A program made the position numbers and the translations under genes. Positions 10,234 through 20,414 of a stretch of 64,000 bases of DNA are shown here, piece by piece. The notes beneath the pieces are model-generated. The model was not told where the DNA came from, did not search any database, and saw nothing but the letters and a program-made list of their open reading frames with translations. The stretch's first letter is position 1, and each line of letters begins with the position of its first letter. The stretch is from Candidatus Omnitrophota bacterium (lineage in GTDB: Bacteria; Omnitrophota; Gorgyraeia; Zapsychrales; Zapsychraceae): contig DOGZ01000023.1 in NCBI GenBank assembly GCA_003528115.1, forward strand, positions 24,231 to 88,230. Direction: 5' to 3'.

Positions 10234-10797
10234 ATGATCGCGAAAGAAATAGTCCAACAAACAGAAGCAAACATGAAAAAGGCTCTTGAATCCGCTAGAC
10301 GGGAGTTCTCTGAGGTCCGAACCGGGCGAGCTCATCCAGGCTTGATTGAGGGGATGCACGTTGATTATTTTGGGACCTCCACGCTTTTAAAACAGCTCGC
10401 GTCGATTTCCGTCCCGGATCCGCGGACGGTGCTGATCCAGCCTTGGGATATCTCCGTTATTCCTGAATTGGAAAAAACGATAACAAATTCGAATCTCGGG
10501 GCCACATCGACGAATGATGGGAAGGTCGTACGATTATCGATTCCTCTGCTTTCAGAAGAACGCCGAGAAGAATTGAAGAAAGTTGTCAAGGACATGGCTG
10601 AGAAATCCCGGATTTCTTTAAGAACGATCCGGCGTGAGGCGAATGATAAGATTAAAAAAATGGAGTCGGATAAGACGATTCCCGAGGATGAAGGGTTCAA
10701 GGTTCATGATGCTATCCAGAAATTGACGGATAAATATATTGTGGAAATAGACAGATTATTGGAAGAGAAGAGTAAGGCGTTAATGGAGCGCGGGTAA
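10234..10797 (+). CDS. frr: Ribosome recycling factor
   Basis: 'EVRTGRAHPGLIEGMHVDYFGTSTLLKQLASISVPD' signature. Conserved rpsB-tsf-pyrH-frr order. Confidence 0.9.
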   Translation: MIAKEIVQQTEANMKKALESARREFSEVRTGRAHPGLIEGMHVDYFGTSTLLKQLASISVPDPRTVLIQPWDISVIPELEKTITNSNLGATSTNDGKVVRLSIPLLSEERREELKKVVKDMAEKSRISLRTIRREANDKIKKMESDKTIPEDEGFKVHDAIQKLTDKYIVEIDRLLEEKSKALMERG

Positions 10798-10935
10798 GAG
10801 GGATGATCCCGGTGGTTCGTATTGGCTAACCTATACCTGATCCTGTGTTTTGTGGCTGTATGTCGAGAGAGCAGCGGATGTTGTCATAAGGCGGATGGCC
10901 AAACGTGAAATTCTTAGTGTATAAAAATTAATTTT

Positions 10936-11011
10936 GACCCACTAGCTCATCCGGTAGAGCACTGCCCTTTTAAGGCAGTTGTGCCGCGTTCGAGTCGCGG
11001 GTGGGTCACCA
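10936..11011 (+). tRNA. tRNA-Lys (anticodon UUU), CCA encoded
   Basis: Cloverleaf by eye: acceptor GACCCAC/GTGGGTC, anticodon stem CTGCC/GGCAG with loop CTTTTAA, T-arm CCGCG-TTCGAGT-CGCGG, then ACCA. Confidence 0.85.
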
Positions 11012-11055
11012 GATTTTATAGAGCAATCTCCGCAACCTTAAGGAAGATTTTCCAA

Positions 11056-11137
11056 GGGCGGATGGCGGAATTGGTAGACGCGCATGCCTTAGGAGCATGT
11101 GGGGAAACTCATGGAGGTTCAAGTCCTCTTCCGCCCA
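11056..11137 (+). tRNA. tRNA-Leu (anticodon UAG), long variable arm, CCA not encoded
   Basis: Acceptor GGGCGGA/TCCGCCC, D-arm GCGGAATTGGTAGACGC, anticodon stem CATGC/GCATG with loop CTTAGGA, T-loop GGTTCAAGTCC. Confidence 0.8.
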
Positions 11138-11271
11138 CTGCGACTTGAAATCATCTTTTTCTAGGGGAAGATAAAGAAAAAGTGATTGGTCTGTTTAAGA
11201 AACAAAATAGTATTTGTTTTTCTTATTTAAAAAGTTAAAATCAGCACATAACTTTTTTATTAAAAATGTCT

Positions 11272-11345
11272 GCGGCGGTAATTCAGTTGGCTAGAATGCC
11301 ACCTTGCCAAGGTGGATGTCGTGGGTTCAAATCCCATCCGCCGCT
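11272..11345 (+). tRNA. tRNA-Gly (anticodon GCC)
   Basis: Acceptor GCGGCGG/CCGCCGC, anticodon stem CCACC/GGTGG with loop TTGCCAA, T-loop GGTTCAAATCC. Confidence 0.85.
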
Positions 11346-11409
11346 TTTAGAATTTTTGTAGTTGGTATGACAGACATCCAATGAATGGGCTTTCTTAAGG
11401 AGGCATTTA

Positions 11410-11886
11410 ATGAAAATCAGTGATTTCCTTTCTGCCAAGGCGGTTTCGGCTAACCTGATGAGCACGACCAAGGCGGACGTTATATCCGAACTGGTTGATC
11501 TGCTTGTCAACGCCGGTTCGATTGATAAAAAACACAAGAAAAAAACTTTGGAAATATTAATGGCCAGGGAAGCCTTGGGTTCAACCGCGATCGGCCAAGG
11601 GATCGCGATTCCGCATGGGAAATGCGATTGTGTTCAAAAATTAGTCGGTTGTCTGGGAATTAGTAAGAGCGGGATAAATTTCGATTCTTTAGACGGCGAG
11701 CCTGCCTATATTTTCTTCTTGCTCGTTGCCCCCATTGATTCCGCTGGGCCTCACCTCAAGGCGTTAGCCAGAATTTCTCGTCTATTAAAAGATAAATATA
11801 TCCGAGAAAGTTTCAAGGCCGTAACCGATGAAAAGGGTATCCTGAAGATTATTCAACAAGAAGATGGGCGACTATCTAAACCATAA
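11410..11886 (+). CDS. ptsN: PTS EIIA(Ntr)-type nitrogen regulatory protein
   Basis: 'MAREALGSTAIGQGIAIPHGK' active-site region with the phosphorylatable His; 158 aa. Confidence 0.75.
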   Translation: MKISDFLSAKAVSANLMSTTKADVISELVDLLVNAGSIDKKHKKKTLEILMAREALGSTAIGQGIAIPHGKCDCVQKLVGCLGISKSGINFDSLDGEPAYIFFLLVAPIDSAGPHLKALARISRLLKDKYIRESFKAVTDEKGILKIIQQEDGRLSKP

Positions 11887-11888
11887 GC

Positions 11889-13130
11889 ATGCCGAAAAAT
11901 CCTATTAAGTGGTTATACCCAGGCATGAGGGTTAAGCGGTGGCTGTTCACGTCTCTGCTGGGGGTCGTTATTGTCGGTGTCGGGGCGGTATTGACGGCGG
12001 AACCATATTCATTTGTCAGTGCCTTTGGCGTTGTGTGGATATTATGCGGTTTGATTTTGATTGTGATGGGCGTGGGGAAAATGATAGTCTCGCTGCTTAC
12101 CTTGTTTCTCCCTAAAGGCGAACGAGAATTAGTTAATATCCTCTATCAGCGTCGATATTTAGAGCGTGGCCCCAAAATTGTTGCCATCGGCGGCGGTCAC
12201 GGTCTTTCACATCTTATATTTGGATTAAAAGAATACACCTCCAATATCACGGCTATTGTGACTGTGGCCGACAGCGGTGGATCCTCTGGCCGTTTGCGGG
12301 AAGAGTTTAACATTGTCGCGCCGGGGGATATTCGCAACTGTTTGGTGGCTTTGGCGGATGCCCCGGCCTTGATGGGGGAACTTTTCCAATTCCGTTTTTC
12401 CAAGGACTCAGAATTAAAAGGGCATAATTTTGGAAATTTGTTTTTAACCGCCATGGTTCAATTGACCAACGGCGATTTTGAACGCGCAGTCAAAGAGACA
12501 AGCAAGGTCCTGGCCATACGCGGCAAAGTGGTCCCATCGACGGTGAGTAATGTTCATCTTGTGGCAGAATATTGGGATGGGACAAAAACAGAAGGGGAGG
12601 CCGCGATCCCCAATTCCAACTCAAGGATTAAACGTCTTTCGTTGACCCCTCAAGAGGTTTATCCGACGAAGGACGCCCTGGCGGCCATTGATGAGGCGGA
12701 CATTATTATTTTAGGCCCGGGAAGTTTATACACCAGTGTGATCCCGAATTTGATTATTCAGGGGATGGATGAGGCAATCGCCAGAGCCTATGCTTTTAAG
12801 ATTTATGTGTGTAATGTCATGACCCAGCATGGAGAAACGGATGGCTATTCCGCGAGTGATCATGTCAAGGCCATCATTGAACATTCTCAAGCGGGAGTCA
12901 TGGACGCGTGTTTGATTAATAACGCCGAAGCCCCAACCGATGCCCTCGGGCGGTATAAAAATGAGGCGTCTTTTCCTGTCAAGGCGGATACGGAGCGCAT
13001 TCGGGCTATGGGGTACAAAGTCGTGGCCACCGATTTGCTGGGGGTCACGGATTATGTCCGTCATGACTCTAAAAAACTCATCAATGAGCTCATTAAGTTG
13101 ATTGAAACGCATCGGGTGATTAAGAGATGA
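11889..13130 (+). CDS. YvcK/CofD-family (UPF0052, gluconeogenesis factor-like) protein with an about 95-aa N-terminal two-helix membrane anchor
   Basis: 'PKIVAIGGGHGLSHL...IVTVADSGGSSGRLREEFNIVAPGDIRNCLVALAD' is a YvcK/CofD signature. The first about 95 aa are strongly hydrophobic. Confidence 0.7.
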   Translation: MPKNPIKWLYPGMRVKRWLFTSLLGVVIVGVGAVLTAEPYSFVSAFGVVWILCGLILIVMGVGKMIVSLLTLFLPKGERELVNILYQRRYLERGPKIVAIGGGHGLSHLIFGLKEYTSNITAIVTVADSGGSSGRLREEFNIVAPGDIRNCLVALADAPALMGELFQFRFSKDSELKGHNFGNLFLTAMVQLTNGDFERAVKETSKVLAIRGKVVPSTVSNVHLVAEYWDGTKTEGEAAIPNSNSRIKRLSLTPQEVYPTKDALAAIDEADIIILGPGSLYTSVIPNLIIQGMDEAIARAYAFKIYVCNVMTQHGETDGYSASDHVKAIIEHSQAGVMDACLINNAEAPTDALGRYKNEASFPVKADTERIRAMGYKVVATDLLGVTDYVRHDSKKLINELIKLIETHRVIKR

Positions 13131-13185
13131 GTCCCGGGAGAGGGAGAGATCGACGGAGTGACGTGAGAGAGTGGAAGAATCTTCT

Positions 13186-13455
13186 ATGCCAGTGATTGAA
13201 AAAGAAATTGTCATTAAAAATAGCCAGGGACTGCACGCCCGGCCCGCGGCTCTGTTTATTCAGATTGCCACGAAATATAATTCCAAGGTGACGATCCAAA
13301 AGGGCCATGAAAAGGTGGACGGTAAATCAATTATGGGGATATTAACGTTGGGCGCCCAGAGGAACAGCAAAGTGATTGTGACGGCCGATGGCGAAGACGC
13401 GCAGGCGGTTTTGTCTGAATTAGAACAATTATTAACCAGTGAACAAAACTCATGA
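13186..13455 (+). CDS. ptsH: Phosphocarrier protein HPr (or NPr)
   Basis: '[13 protein letters not shown]' His15 region and '[12 protein letters not shown]' Ser46 region. Start taken at MPVIEK. Confidence 0.85.
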   Translation: MPVIEKEIVIKNSQGLHARPAALFIQIATKYNSKVTIQKGHEKVDGKSIMGILTLGAQRNSKVIVTADGEDAQAVLSELEQLLTSEQNS

Positions 13456-15218
13456 ATGAAATCGTTTTAAAGGGAATTCCGGCGGCCCCCGGGGTAGCGG
13501 TGGGTGCGGCTTTTATTTTAGACAAACAGGATTTTATTGTCGCCCCGCGCGCCATAATGGAAAAAGAGGTCCCGATCGAAATCGCGCGGTTTGAAGAGGC
13601 CCTCATCAAGACAAGAGAAGAAATCGCCGAGATTCAGAAAAAAATCAGCTCAGAGATGTCCGGGAAACACGCGCAGATTTTCGACGCCCATCTCTTGGTC
13701 CTGGAAGACAGGGCCCTTGTCGAAGAAGTCATCAAGCGCGTTAAATCGGACAAGCTATGCGCGGAATATATTTTTTCTGAAGTCTTAAAGAAATACATCA
13801 AGATTTTCTCCACCATCGAGGATGAATATTTAAGAGAACGGGTCAGCGATGTTGGTGACGTCGGCCGGCGGGTCTTAAAAAATCTTATGGATGAAAATAA
13901 GCTTCATGAGTTTGAGAATATAACCGAGGAGTTGATTATCATCAGTCATGATTTGTCGCCTTCGGATACGGCCAGTATGTACAATAAAAACATTATCGCC
14001 TTCGCGACGGACATCGGCGGCAGGACGTCGCATACGGCGATCATGGCGAAATCTCTCGGCGTCCCGGCTATCGTCGGGCTGAAAGACGCGACCTTGCGCA
14101 TTCATAACCAGGATAATATTATCGTTGACGGCCGCAAGGGCCTGCTGATTATTCATCCCACCGAGGAGACAAGAAGATTTTACCGCAAGGCCCAGACGCG
14201 TATTATTGAATTTCGCGATCAGTTCCAGGAAATTAAGGATGTGCCGGCCAGGACTCTTGATGGTAAAGAGATTACGCTTCTGGCGAATTTGGAATTGCCC
14301 GAAGAAATTCCCGCCATTTTGAAACATGGGGCCAGCGGGATCGGATTATATCGGACAGAATATTTTTACATGAATCGTGTCGATTTGCCTTCGGAAGATG
14401 AGCAGTTCGAGGCGTATAAATATGTCGCGCAAGCCATCGCCCCCAAGCCCGTGACGATCCGTAGTCTTGATTTGGGCGGAGATAAATTCACTTCGAGCCT
14501 GCAAATCCCCCGGGATATGTATCCTTGCCTGGGCTGGCGCGCCATCCGTTTTTGTCTGGCTCGTCCTGATATTTTTAAAACGCAATTAAGGGCGATCTTA
14601 AGAGCTTCGGCGTATGGAATCATTCGTTTGATGTATCCCATGATCTCCGGGCCCGGCGAATTTCGTCAGGCCAATATTATTCTGGAAGAGGTCAAGAGTA
14701 ATTTGAGAGAAGAGAAAATCCCTTTTGACGAAAAGATGCAGGTCGGGGCGATGATTGAAGTCCCTTCAGCCGCGATGACAGCGGATTTATTAGCTAAAGA
14801 GGCGGATTTTTTTAGTATTGGCACCAATGACCTCATCCAATACACGCTGGCGGTCGATCGCGTGAATGAGCAGACGGCTAGTCTGTATGAGCCGGGACAT
14901 CCGGCGGTTCTGCGTCTGATCAAAAACACCATTGACGCGGCGCATCAGGCGAACATCGGGGTGGGCCTCTGCGGAGAGATGTCCAGCGAACCGTGCTTGG
15001 CGCTCATATTATTGGGATTAAATCTTGGGGAATTCAGTATGTCGTCGATCAATATTCTCCAGATAAAAAAAATGATACTCAGCGTGAGCTTGAAAGACGC
15101 CCAGAGATTAGCGGAGGATGTTCTTAAATTATCGACGGGCCAGGAGGTTGAGGAATTAAGCCGGTCCAGACTCAAAGAATTGGCTCCGGATGTCCTGAGC
15201 ATGGATAGGGGAGAATAG
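13452..15218 (+). CDS. ptsI: Phosphoenolpyruvate-protein phosphotransferase (PTS Enzyme I)
   Basis: '[21 protein letters not shown]' phospho-His domain, PEP-utilising C-terminal domain, 588 aa. Confidence 0.85.
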   Translation: MNEIVLKGIPAAPGVAVGAAFILDKQDFIVAPRAIMEKEVPIEIARFEEALIKTREEIAEIQKKISSEMSGKHAQIFDAHLLVLEDRALVEEVIKRVKSDKLCAEYIFSEVLKKYIKIFSTIEDEYLRERVSDVGDVGRRVLKNLMDENKLHEFENITEELIIISHDLSPSDTASMYNKNIIAFATDIGGRTSHTAIMAKSLGVPAIVGLKDATLRIHNQDNIIVDGRKGLLIIHPTEETRRFYRKAQTRIIEFRDQFQEIKDVPARTLDGKEITLLANLELPEEIPAILKHGASGIGLYRTEYFYMNRVDLPSEDEQFEAYKYVAQAIAPKPVTIRSLDLGGDKFTSSLQIPRDMYPCLGWRAIRFCLARPDIFKTQLRAILRASAYGIIRLMYPMISGPGEFRQANIILEEVKSNLREEKIPFDEKMQVGAMIEVPSAAMTADLLAKEADFFSIGTNDLIQYTLAVDRVNEQTASLYEPGHPAVLRLIKNTIDAAHQANIGVGLCGEMSSEPCLALILLGLNLGEFSMSSINILQIKKMILSVSLKDAQRLAEDVLKLSTGQEVEELSRSRLKELAPDVLSMDRGE

Positions 15219-15227
15219 GTTTAATCA

Positions 15228-16019
15228 ATGAAAGCATTGATATTGGCCGCGGGATATGGAACGCGATTATACGCTTTAGGGGAAAACACGCCTAAGGCCC
15301 TGTTGCCGATCCAGGATAAACCTCTGGTCAACTATATTCTGGATAAAATTGAGAAATTGCCTGGATTAGATGAGGTTTTGCTGGTCACAAATAATAAATT
15401 TTATCCGGTCTTTGAGGATTGGGCCAAGAAACTTCGGGAATCTATTCAAGGGGGCGCGGGGCCGGGAAAGCCCTCATTTTCGTTGCCCGTGCGGGTCGTC
15501 AACGACGGGACAAACACCCCTGAAGAGCGGTTGGGTTCCATCGGGGACATTGATTTTGTTTTACGGCAGACCTCGCTTAACGATGACCTCCTGGTGGTCG
15601 GCGGCGATAATTTGTTTGATTATAAGTTGGATGAATACATTGTTTTCGCGAAAGAGCGGTCTCCGGCGGTAACCATCGGATTATATGATATTAAGAATCG
15701 GGAAGAGGCCAAGAAGTTTGGGGTGGTGGATTTGGATCCCCGGAAAAGAATTGTAAGCTTTCAAGAGAAACCGGCGCTCCCGAAGACAACGCTGATCGCG
15801 ATGTGTTTTTATTATTTCCCCAAGAAATCTCTGGGGTTGGTTTCGGCGTATTTGAGCGAAACGGTTAAATCAGACGCGGCCGGTGATTATATCCGATGGT
15901 TGCATCAAGAAAATCCTGTCTATGGTTTTCAATTTACAGGAAAATGGTACGATATTGGAAGTTTGGAGGCCTACCAAGAGGCCCAAGAGAATTTCATTCG
16001 GAGGGGCTCAGCCCGGTAA
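15228..16019 (+). CDS. Sugar-phosphate nucleotidyltransferase (NTP_transferase family)
   Basis: 'MKALILAAGYGTRLYALGENTPKALLPI' matches the G-x-G-T-R-L nucleotide-binding motif. Substrate unknown. Confidence 0.6.
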   Translation: MKALILAAGYGTRLYALGENTPKALLPIQDKPLVNYILDKIEKLPGLDEVLLVTNNKFYPVFEDWAKKLRESIQGGAGPGKPSFSLPVRVVNDGTNTPEERLGSIGDIDFVLRQTSLNDDLLVVGGDNLFDYKLDEYIVFAKERSPAVTIGLYDIKNREEAKKFGVVDLDPRKRIVSFQEKPALPKTTLIAMCFYYFPKKSLGLVSAYLSETVKSDAAGDYIRWLHQENPVYGFQFTGKWYDIGSLEAYQEAQENFIRRGSAR

Positions 16020-16060
16020 AATATTAAAATTACATTCACATAGAGAAAGGACGGTTAGAG

Positions 16061-17230
16061 GTGAAAGGACGACGTTTAATTACATCAGAATCAGTGGGAA
16101 ATGGGCATCCTGATAAAGTCTGCGATCAAATATCGGACGCTGTCTTAGATTCCGTTTTGCGCGAGGATCCGAAAGGGCGGGTCGCCTGTGAGACGTTTGT
16201 CTCCATGGGGTTGGTCATTGTCGGAGGGGAGATCACCACAACGACCTACGTTGATGTGCATAAGTTGGTTCGTAAAGTTTTAAAAGACATAGGATACACC
16301 CATCAAAAATATGGATTTGACGCCAATACCTGTTCCATTTTGAACGCGATCAACAGCCAATCGCCGGATATCGCCCAGGGCGTGGACGCGGGCGGCGCCG
16401 GGGATCAGGGGATCATGTTTGGATACGCGACGGATGAAACGCCGGAATTGATGCCGTTGCCGATTACCTTGGCCCATAAATTGGTCAAACGCGTGGAAGA
16501 TGTCAGGACATCAGGAACGTTGAGTTATTTGGGGCCGGACTGCAAAAGCCAGGTCACGGTCGAATATCAAGATGACAAACCCATGCGCGTGGATGCCGTT
16601 GTCTTGGCCTGTCAGCATACGGAAGATATTTTGGATAAAACGGGCAAGAAGATCACGGAGAAGGCGAGAAAAGAAATTATTGAGACGGTCGCTCAACCCA
16701 TCGTCGGCAAATGGGCGGACAGTAAGACAAAATATTATGTGAACGAGACGGGCAAGTTTGTCATCGGAGGCCCGCAGTCTGATACGGGGGTCACGGGCCG
16801 CAAGATTGTTGTCGACACCTACGGCGGGACCGTTTCTCACGGCGGCGGGGCCTTCTCGGGAAAAGATCCGACTAAGGTTGACCGCTCCGCGGCGTACATG
16901 GCACGATATGTCACCAAAAACATTGTCGCGGCCAAGCTCGCTAAAAAATGTTTGATCCAGTTCAGCTATGTCATCGGGAGGGCTGAGCCGGTGAGTGTCA
17001 TGGTGGAAACGTACGGAACCGGTGAGGTTTCTGACGAGAGACTGGTAGAACTCGTTTGTAAACATTTTGACTTAACCCCCCGCGGGATTATCAAGCACCT
17101 GGATTTATTAAAGCCGCATTATCTAAAAACCGCGACTTACGGCCATTTTGGCAGGGATGAATTCCCCTGGGAAAAAACAGATAAAGCTGAAATTTTAAGA
17201 AAAGAAGCCTTAGCGGCTGTGTCACGATAG
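16061..17230 (+). CDS. metK: S-adenosylmethionine synthetase
   Basis: '[23 protein letters not shown]' and '[19 protein letters not shown]' signatures; GTG start. Confidence 0.9.
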   Translation: MKGRRLITSESVGNGHPDKVCDQISDAVLDSVLREDPKGRVACETFVSMGLVIVGGEITTTTYVDVHKLVRKVLKDIGYTHQKYGFDANTCSILNAINSQSPDIAQGVDAGGAGDQGIMFGYATDETPELMPLPITLAHKLVKRVEDVRTSGTLSYLGPDCKSQVTVEYQDDKPMRVDAVVLACQHTEDILDKTGKKITEKARKEIIETVAQPIVGKWADSKTKYYVNETGKFVIGGPQSDTGVTGRKIVVDTYGGTVSHGGGAFSGKDPTKVDRSAAYMARYVTKNIVAAKLAKKCLIQFSYVIGRAEPVSVMVETYGTGEVSDERLVELVCKHFDLTPRGIIKHLDLLKPHYLKTATYGHFGRDEFPWEKTDKAEILRKEALAAVSR

Positions 17231-17242
17231 TGGGGAGGGGAT

Positions 17243-18559
17243 ATGCGTACCACGACAACATCGTTTCAAGATTTTAAAGTGAAAGATTTAAGCCTGGGGG
17301 AATGGGGCCGCAAAGAGATTATGATCGCGGAAACCGAAATGCCCGGGTTGATGGCCTTGCGTAAAGAGTTTGGTCCGTCGAAACCTTTAAGAGGCGCGAG
17401 GATTGCCGGCTGTATCCACATGACGATTCAGACCGCGGTTCTTGTGGAGACCCTGATTGAATTGGGGGCCGAGGTGCGGTGGTCGTCTTGCAATATCTTC
17501 TCGACGCAAGATCACGCGGCGGCCGGGCTGGTTAAAGCCGGCATTTCGGTCTTTGCCTGGAAAGGGGAAACTCTGGAAGAATACGATTGGTGCGTGGAAC
17601 AGACCATCAAGTGGCCGGACGGCAAGGGGCCGAATTTGCTTTTGGATGACGGCGGGGATCTCACCCGCATGGTCCATGATAAATTCCCCGAACTTCTGGA
17701 ACAGATCCGGGGGATTTCCGAAGAGACAACGACCGGCGTTCACCGGCTGGCGGATATGTACGCCAGGGGAGAACTGAAGATCCCGGCGATTAATGTTAAT
17801 GATTCCGTGACCAAATCCAAATTTGATAATTTATACGGATGTCGGGAGTCATTGCTGGACGGCATCAAACGGGCAACGGATATCATGATTGCCGGGAAAA
17901 TATGCGTCGTGGCCGGGTATGGCGATGTGGGGAAAGGGTGCGCCCACGCTTTTCGCGGTATGGGCGGCCGTGTGATCGTGACGGAAATCGATCCGATCTG
18001 CGCCCTCCAGGCGGCCATGGAAGGTTTTGAGGTCAAGAAAATGGAGTACGCGGCAAAGGTCGGCGATATTTTTGTCACGGCCACAGGCTGTTGCGATGTC
18101 ATCCGTCCTGAGCACATGGATGTGATGAAGCATAACGCTGTTATCTGTAACATCGGTCATTTTGATTTGGAAATCAACGTCGCGTATCTGAATAACCGCA
18201 AGGATATCAAAAAGATTGAAATCAAGCCGCAGGTGGATCAATACTCCTATCCCAACGGCAAACAGCTCATCGTTCTGGCTGAGGGAAGACTGGTGAATCT
18301 TGGCTGCGCCACGGGACATCCTTCTTTCGTCATGAGCAATTCATTCACCAATCAGGTCCTGGCTCAAATGGAACTCTGGCAAAACAGCCATCGGTATGAA
18401 AAAAAAGTGTATATCCTGCCCAAGCACCTCGATGAAAGAGTGGCCAGACTTCATTTGCAAAAGGTCGGCGTGGAACTGGATACTCTGAATAAGACCCAGG
18501 CCGAGTATTTGAATATAAAAGTTGAGGGACCGTATAAACCCGATCATTACCGGTATTGA
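17243..18559 (+). CDS. ahcY: Adenosylhomocysteinase
   Basis: 438 aa with NAD-binding '[13 protein letters not shown]'. Conserved pairing with metK. Confidence 0.85.
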   Translation: MRTTTTSFQDFKVKDLSLGEWGRKEIMIAETEMPGLMALRKEFGPSKPLRGARIAGCIHMTIQTAVLVETLIELGAEVRWSSCNIFSTQDHAAAGLVKAGISVFAWKGETLEEYDWCVEQTIKWPDGKGPNLLLDDGGDLTRMVHDKFPELLEQIRGISEETTTGVHRLADMYARGELKIPAINVNDSVTKSKFDNLYGCRESLLDGIKRATDIMIAGKICVVAGYGDVGKGCAHAFRGMGGRVIVTEIDPICALQAAMEGFEVKKMEYAAKVGDIFVTATGCCDVIRPEHMDVMKHNAVICNIGHFDLEINVAYLNNRKDIKKIEIKPQVDQYSYPNGKQLIVLAEGRLVNLGCATGHPSFVMSNSFTNQVLAQMELWQNSHRYEKKVYILPKHLDERVARLHLQKVGVELDTLNKTQAEYLNIKVEGPYKPDHYRY

Positions 18560-18586
18560 TTCTTTAAAGTTGAAAGGGACTGCATT

Positions 18587-19579
18587 ATGCCAAAAATTTA
18601 CTATGATAAAGACGCGGATCTCAATGTCTTTAAAGATAAAGTGATTGCCGTTATCGGCTATGGGATTCAGGGGCGCGGTCAGGCCTTAAGCCTGCGCGAC
18701 AGTGGTTTGAATGTGATTGTCAGCCAACGCGAAGGCGGGCCGAATTATGAACAGGCCAAGAAGGACGGCTTTGTCCCCGTGGAAGCCAACAAAGCGGCGA
18801 AAAAGGCCGACGTCATCATGATCCTGACCCAGGACCATGTTCAGGCTCAACTGTATAAGAAATTCATCAAACGAAATTTAGAGAAGGGAAAATCCCTGGC
18901 CTTTTCTCATGGCTTTAATATCCATTTTAAGCAGATCATCCCTTCGATGGATGTGGACGTCTGGATGATCGCGCCCAAAGGCCCCGGGGCTTTAGTGCGT
19001 CGGCAATACGAAGAGGGCAAAGGCGTCCCGTGTCTTGTGGCGATTCATCAGGACGCGACGGGACAAGCGCTGAAATACGCCTTGGCCTATGCCAAAGGGA
19101 TCGGCGGAACCCGGGCGGGGGTCATTGAGACCACGTTTAAGGAAGAGACCGAGACGGACCTTTTCGGCGAACAGGTTGTTTTGTGCGGCGGAACGAGTGC
19201 CTTGATTAAGGCTGGGTTTGAGACGCTTGTGGAGGCCGGCTATCATCCGGAGATCGCGTATTTTGAATGCCTGCATGAGTTGAAGCTCATTGTGGATTTG
19301 ATTTATGAAGACGGGATCCGGGGTATGCGCAAACGGGTTTCCGATACGGCGGAATATGGAGATTACTCCCGGGGGCCGAGAATTATTAATGACCGGACCC
19401 GGAAAGAAATGAAGAAAATTCTGGCCGAGATTCAATCCGGTAAATTCGCTAAGGAGTGGATCCGTGAAAATAAGAACGGCCGTCCGCGTTTTAATCAGTA
19501 TCGTAAAGATTCTGAGAATCATCCGATAGAAGAAGTCGGCAGCCAGTTGAGGGCCATGATGCCTTGGATGAAGAAATGA
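18587..19579 (+). CDS. ilvC: Ketol-acid reductoisomerase
   Basis: '[28 protein letters not shown]' N-terminal Rossmann region; 330 aa. Confidence 0.9.
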   Translation: MPKIYYDKDADLNVFKDKVIAVIGYGIQGRGQALSLRDSGLNVIVSQREGGPNYEQAKKDGFVPVEANKAAKKADVIMILTQDHVQAQLYKKFIKRNLEKGKSLAFSHGFNIHFKQIIPSMDVDVWMIAPKGPGALVRRQYEEGKGVPCLVAIHQDATGQALKYALAYAKGIGGTRAGVIETTFKEETETDLFGEQVVLCGGTSALIKAGFETLVEAGYHPEIAYFECLHELKLIVDLIYEDGIRGMRKRVSDTAEYGDYSRGPRIINDRTRKEMKKILAEIQSGKFAKEWIRENKNGRPRFNQYRKDSENHPIEEVGSQLRAMMPWMKK

Positions 19580-19663
19580 AGTCTTCTACTACATTCCCGA
19601 CGGCAAGCCGCGGGGTAGCCGAAAAGCCATGAACCGCTGAGGGACATCCTCGGCGTTAGAGAA

Positions 19664-19711
19664 TAGACAATGGGCGTGAAGGTCTCAAGGGGCTGATCGC
19701 CCATTGTTGTC
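19664..19711 (+). promoter_or_regulatory. Long imperfect hairpin (GACAATGGGCG ... CGCCCATTGTTGTC) between ilvC and the downstream methyltransferase. Possible terminator or attenuator without a U-tract.
   Basis: An 11-bp stem with a 21-nt loop, read from the sequence. Confidence 0.3.
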
Positions 19712-19750
19712 TTCACTGATTCCGTTGGCCGTTGGGGGATAGCTGGGACT

Positions 19751-20368
19751 ATGAAACTGCATTTAGGTTGCGGCACAAAGAAACTGGAAGGCTGGATCAA
19801 TATTGATTCCGTCAAGGCCTGTGAACCGGACCTGGTGCATGATATCAGCACGCCCTTGCCGTTTAAGGATTTATCCATGGACGAGGTCTTAGCCGAAGAT
19901 CTCCTGGAGCACTTTGACAAATATGCCCGGTACGTTGTTTTTTATGAATGGATAAGGGTCATGAAAATCGGCGGGCGTTTGACGCTTCAAGTCCCTAACT
20001 TTAAAAAGATTCTTTATAAATATTTCAAGTTCGGTTATGATAATTTTGTCGATTTTATTTTTGGGGAAAATCTTTGGGAGTCCCGAGTCTACATCGGGCA
20101 TTTCGGTAATCACAAGTGGGGATACAGCGAGAAGAGCCTGCGGGAGTTTGTCGCCGTGTTCGGGATTAAGAACGTTGAAATAAAGACTATCGGTCTGAAC
20201 CTGAGGCTGGTCGGCGAGAAAATAGAACACAAGACCCTGGATCAGTTGGATGGCGTAAAAATTTACTCCCACGCCAATAGCCATGGCACCGGCACCCCGG
20301 AGGTTTCGCTAAAATTTGCCCGGGAGCGGATAAGAATATTCCAGGCAAATCAGGAAGGACGCGGATAA
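19751..20368 (+). CDS. Class I SAM-dependent methyltransferase (Methyltransf_11/23-like)
   Basis: 'LHLGCGTKKLEGWINID' glycine-rich SAM motif I. Sits between ilvC and leuA. Confidence 0.5.
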   Translation: MKLHLGCGTKKLEGWINIDSVKACEPDLVHDISTPLPFKDLSMDEVLAEDLLEHFDKYARYVVFYEWIRVMKIGGRLTLQVPNFKKILYKYFKFGYDNFVDFIFGENLWESRVYIGHFGNHKWGYSEKSLREFVAVFGIKNVEIKTIGLNLRLVGEKIEHKTLDQLDGVKIYSHANSHGTGTPEVSLKFARERIRIFQANQEGRG

Positions 20369-20414
20369 AAGGGAGTGACAACCGAAAATCATTGTTGGAA
20401 TCAGGAAAAAAATT

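Noticed and set aside
11283-11537. 84-aa minus-strand ORF overlapping tRNA-Gly and the ptsN start
   Set aside because: It overlaps a confident tRNA and a real CDS, so it is spurious.
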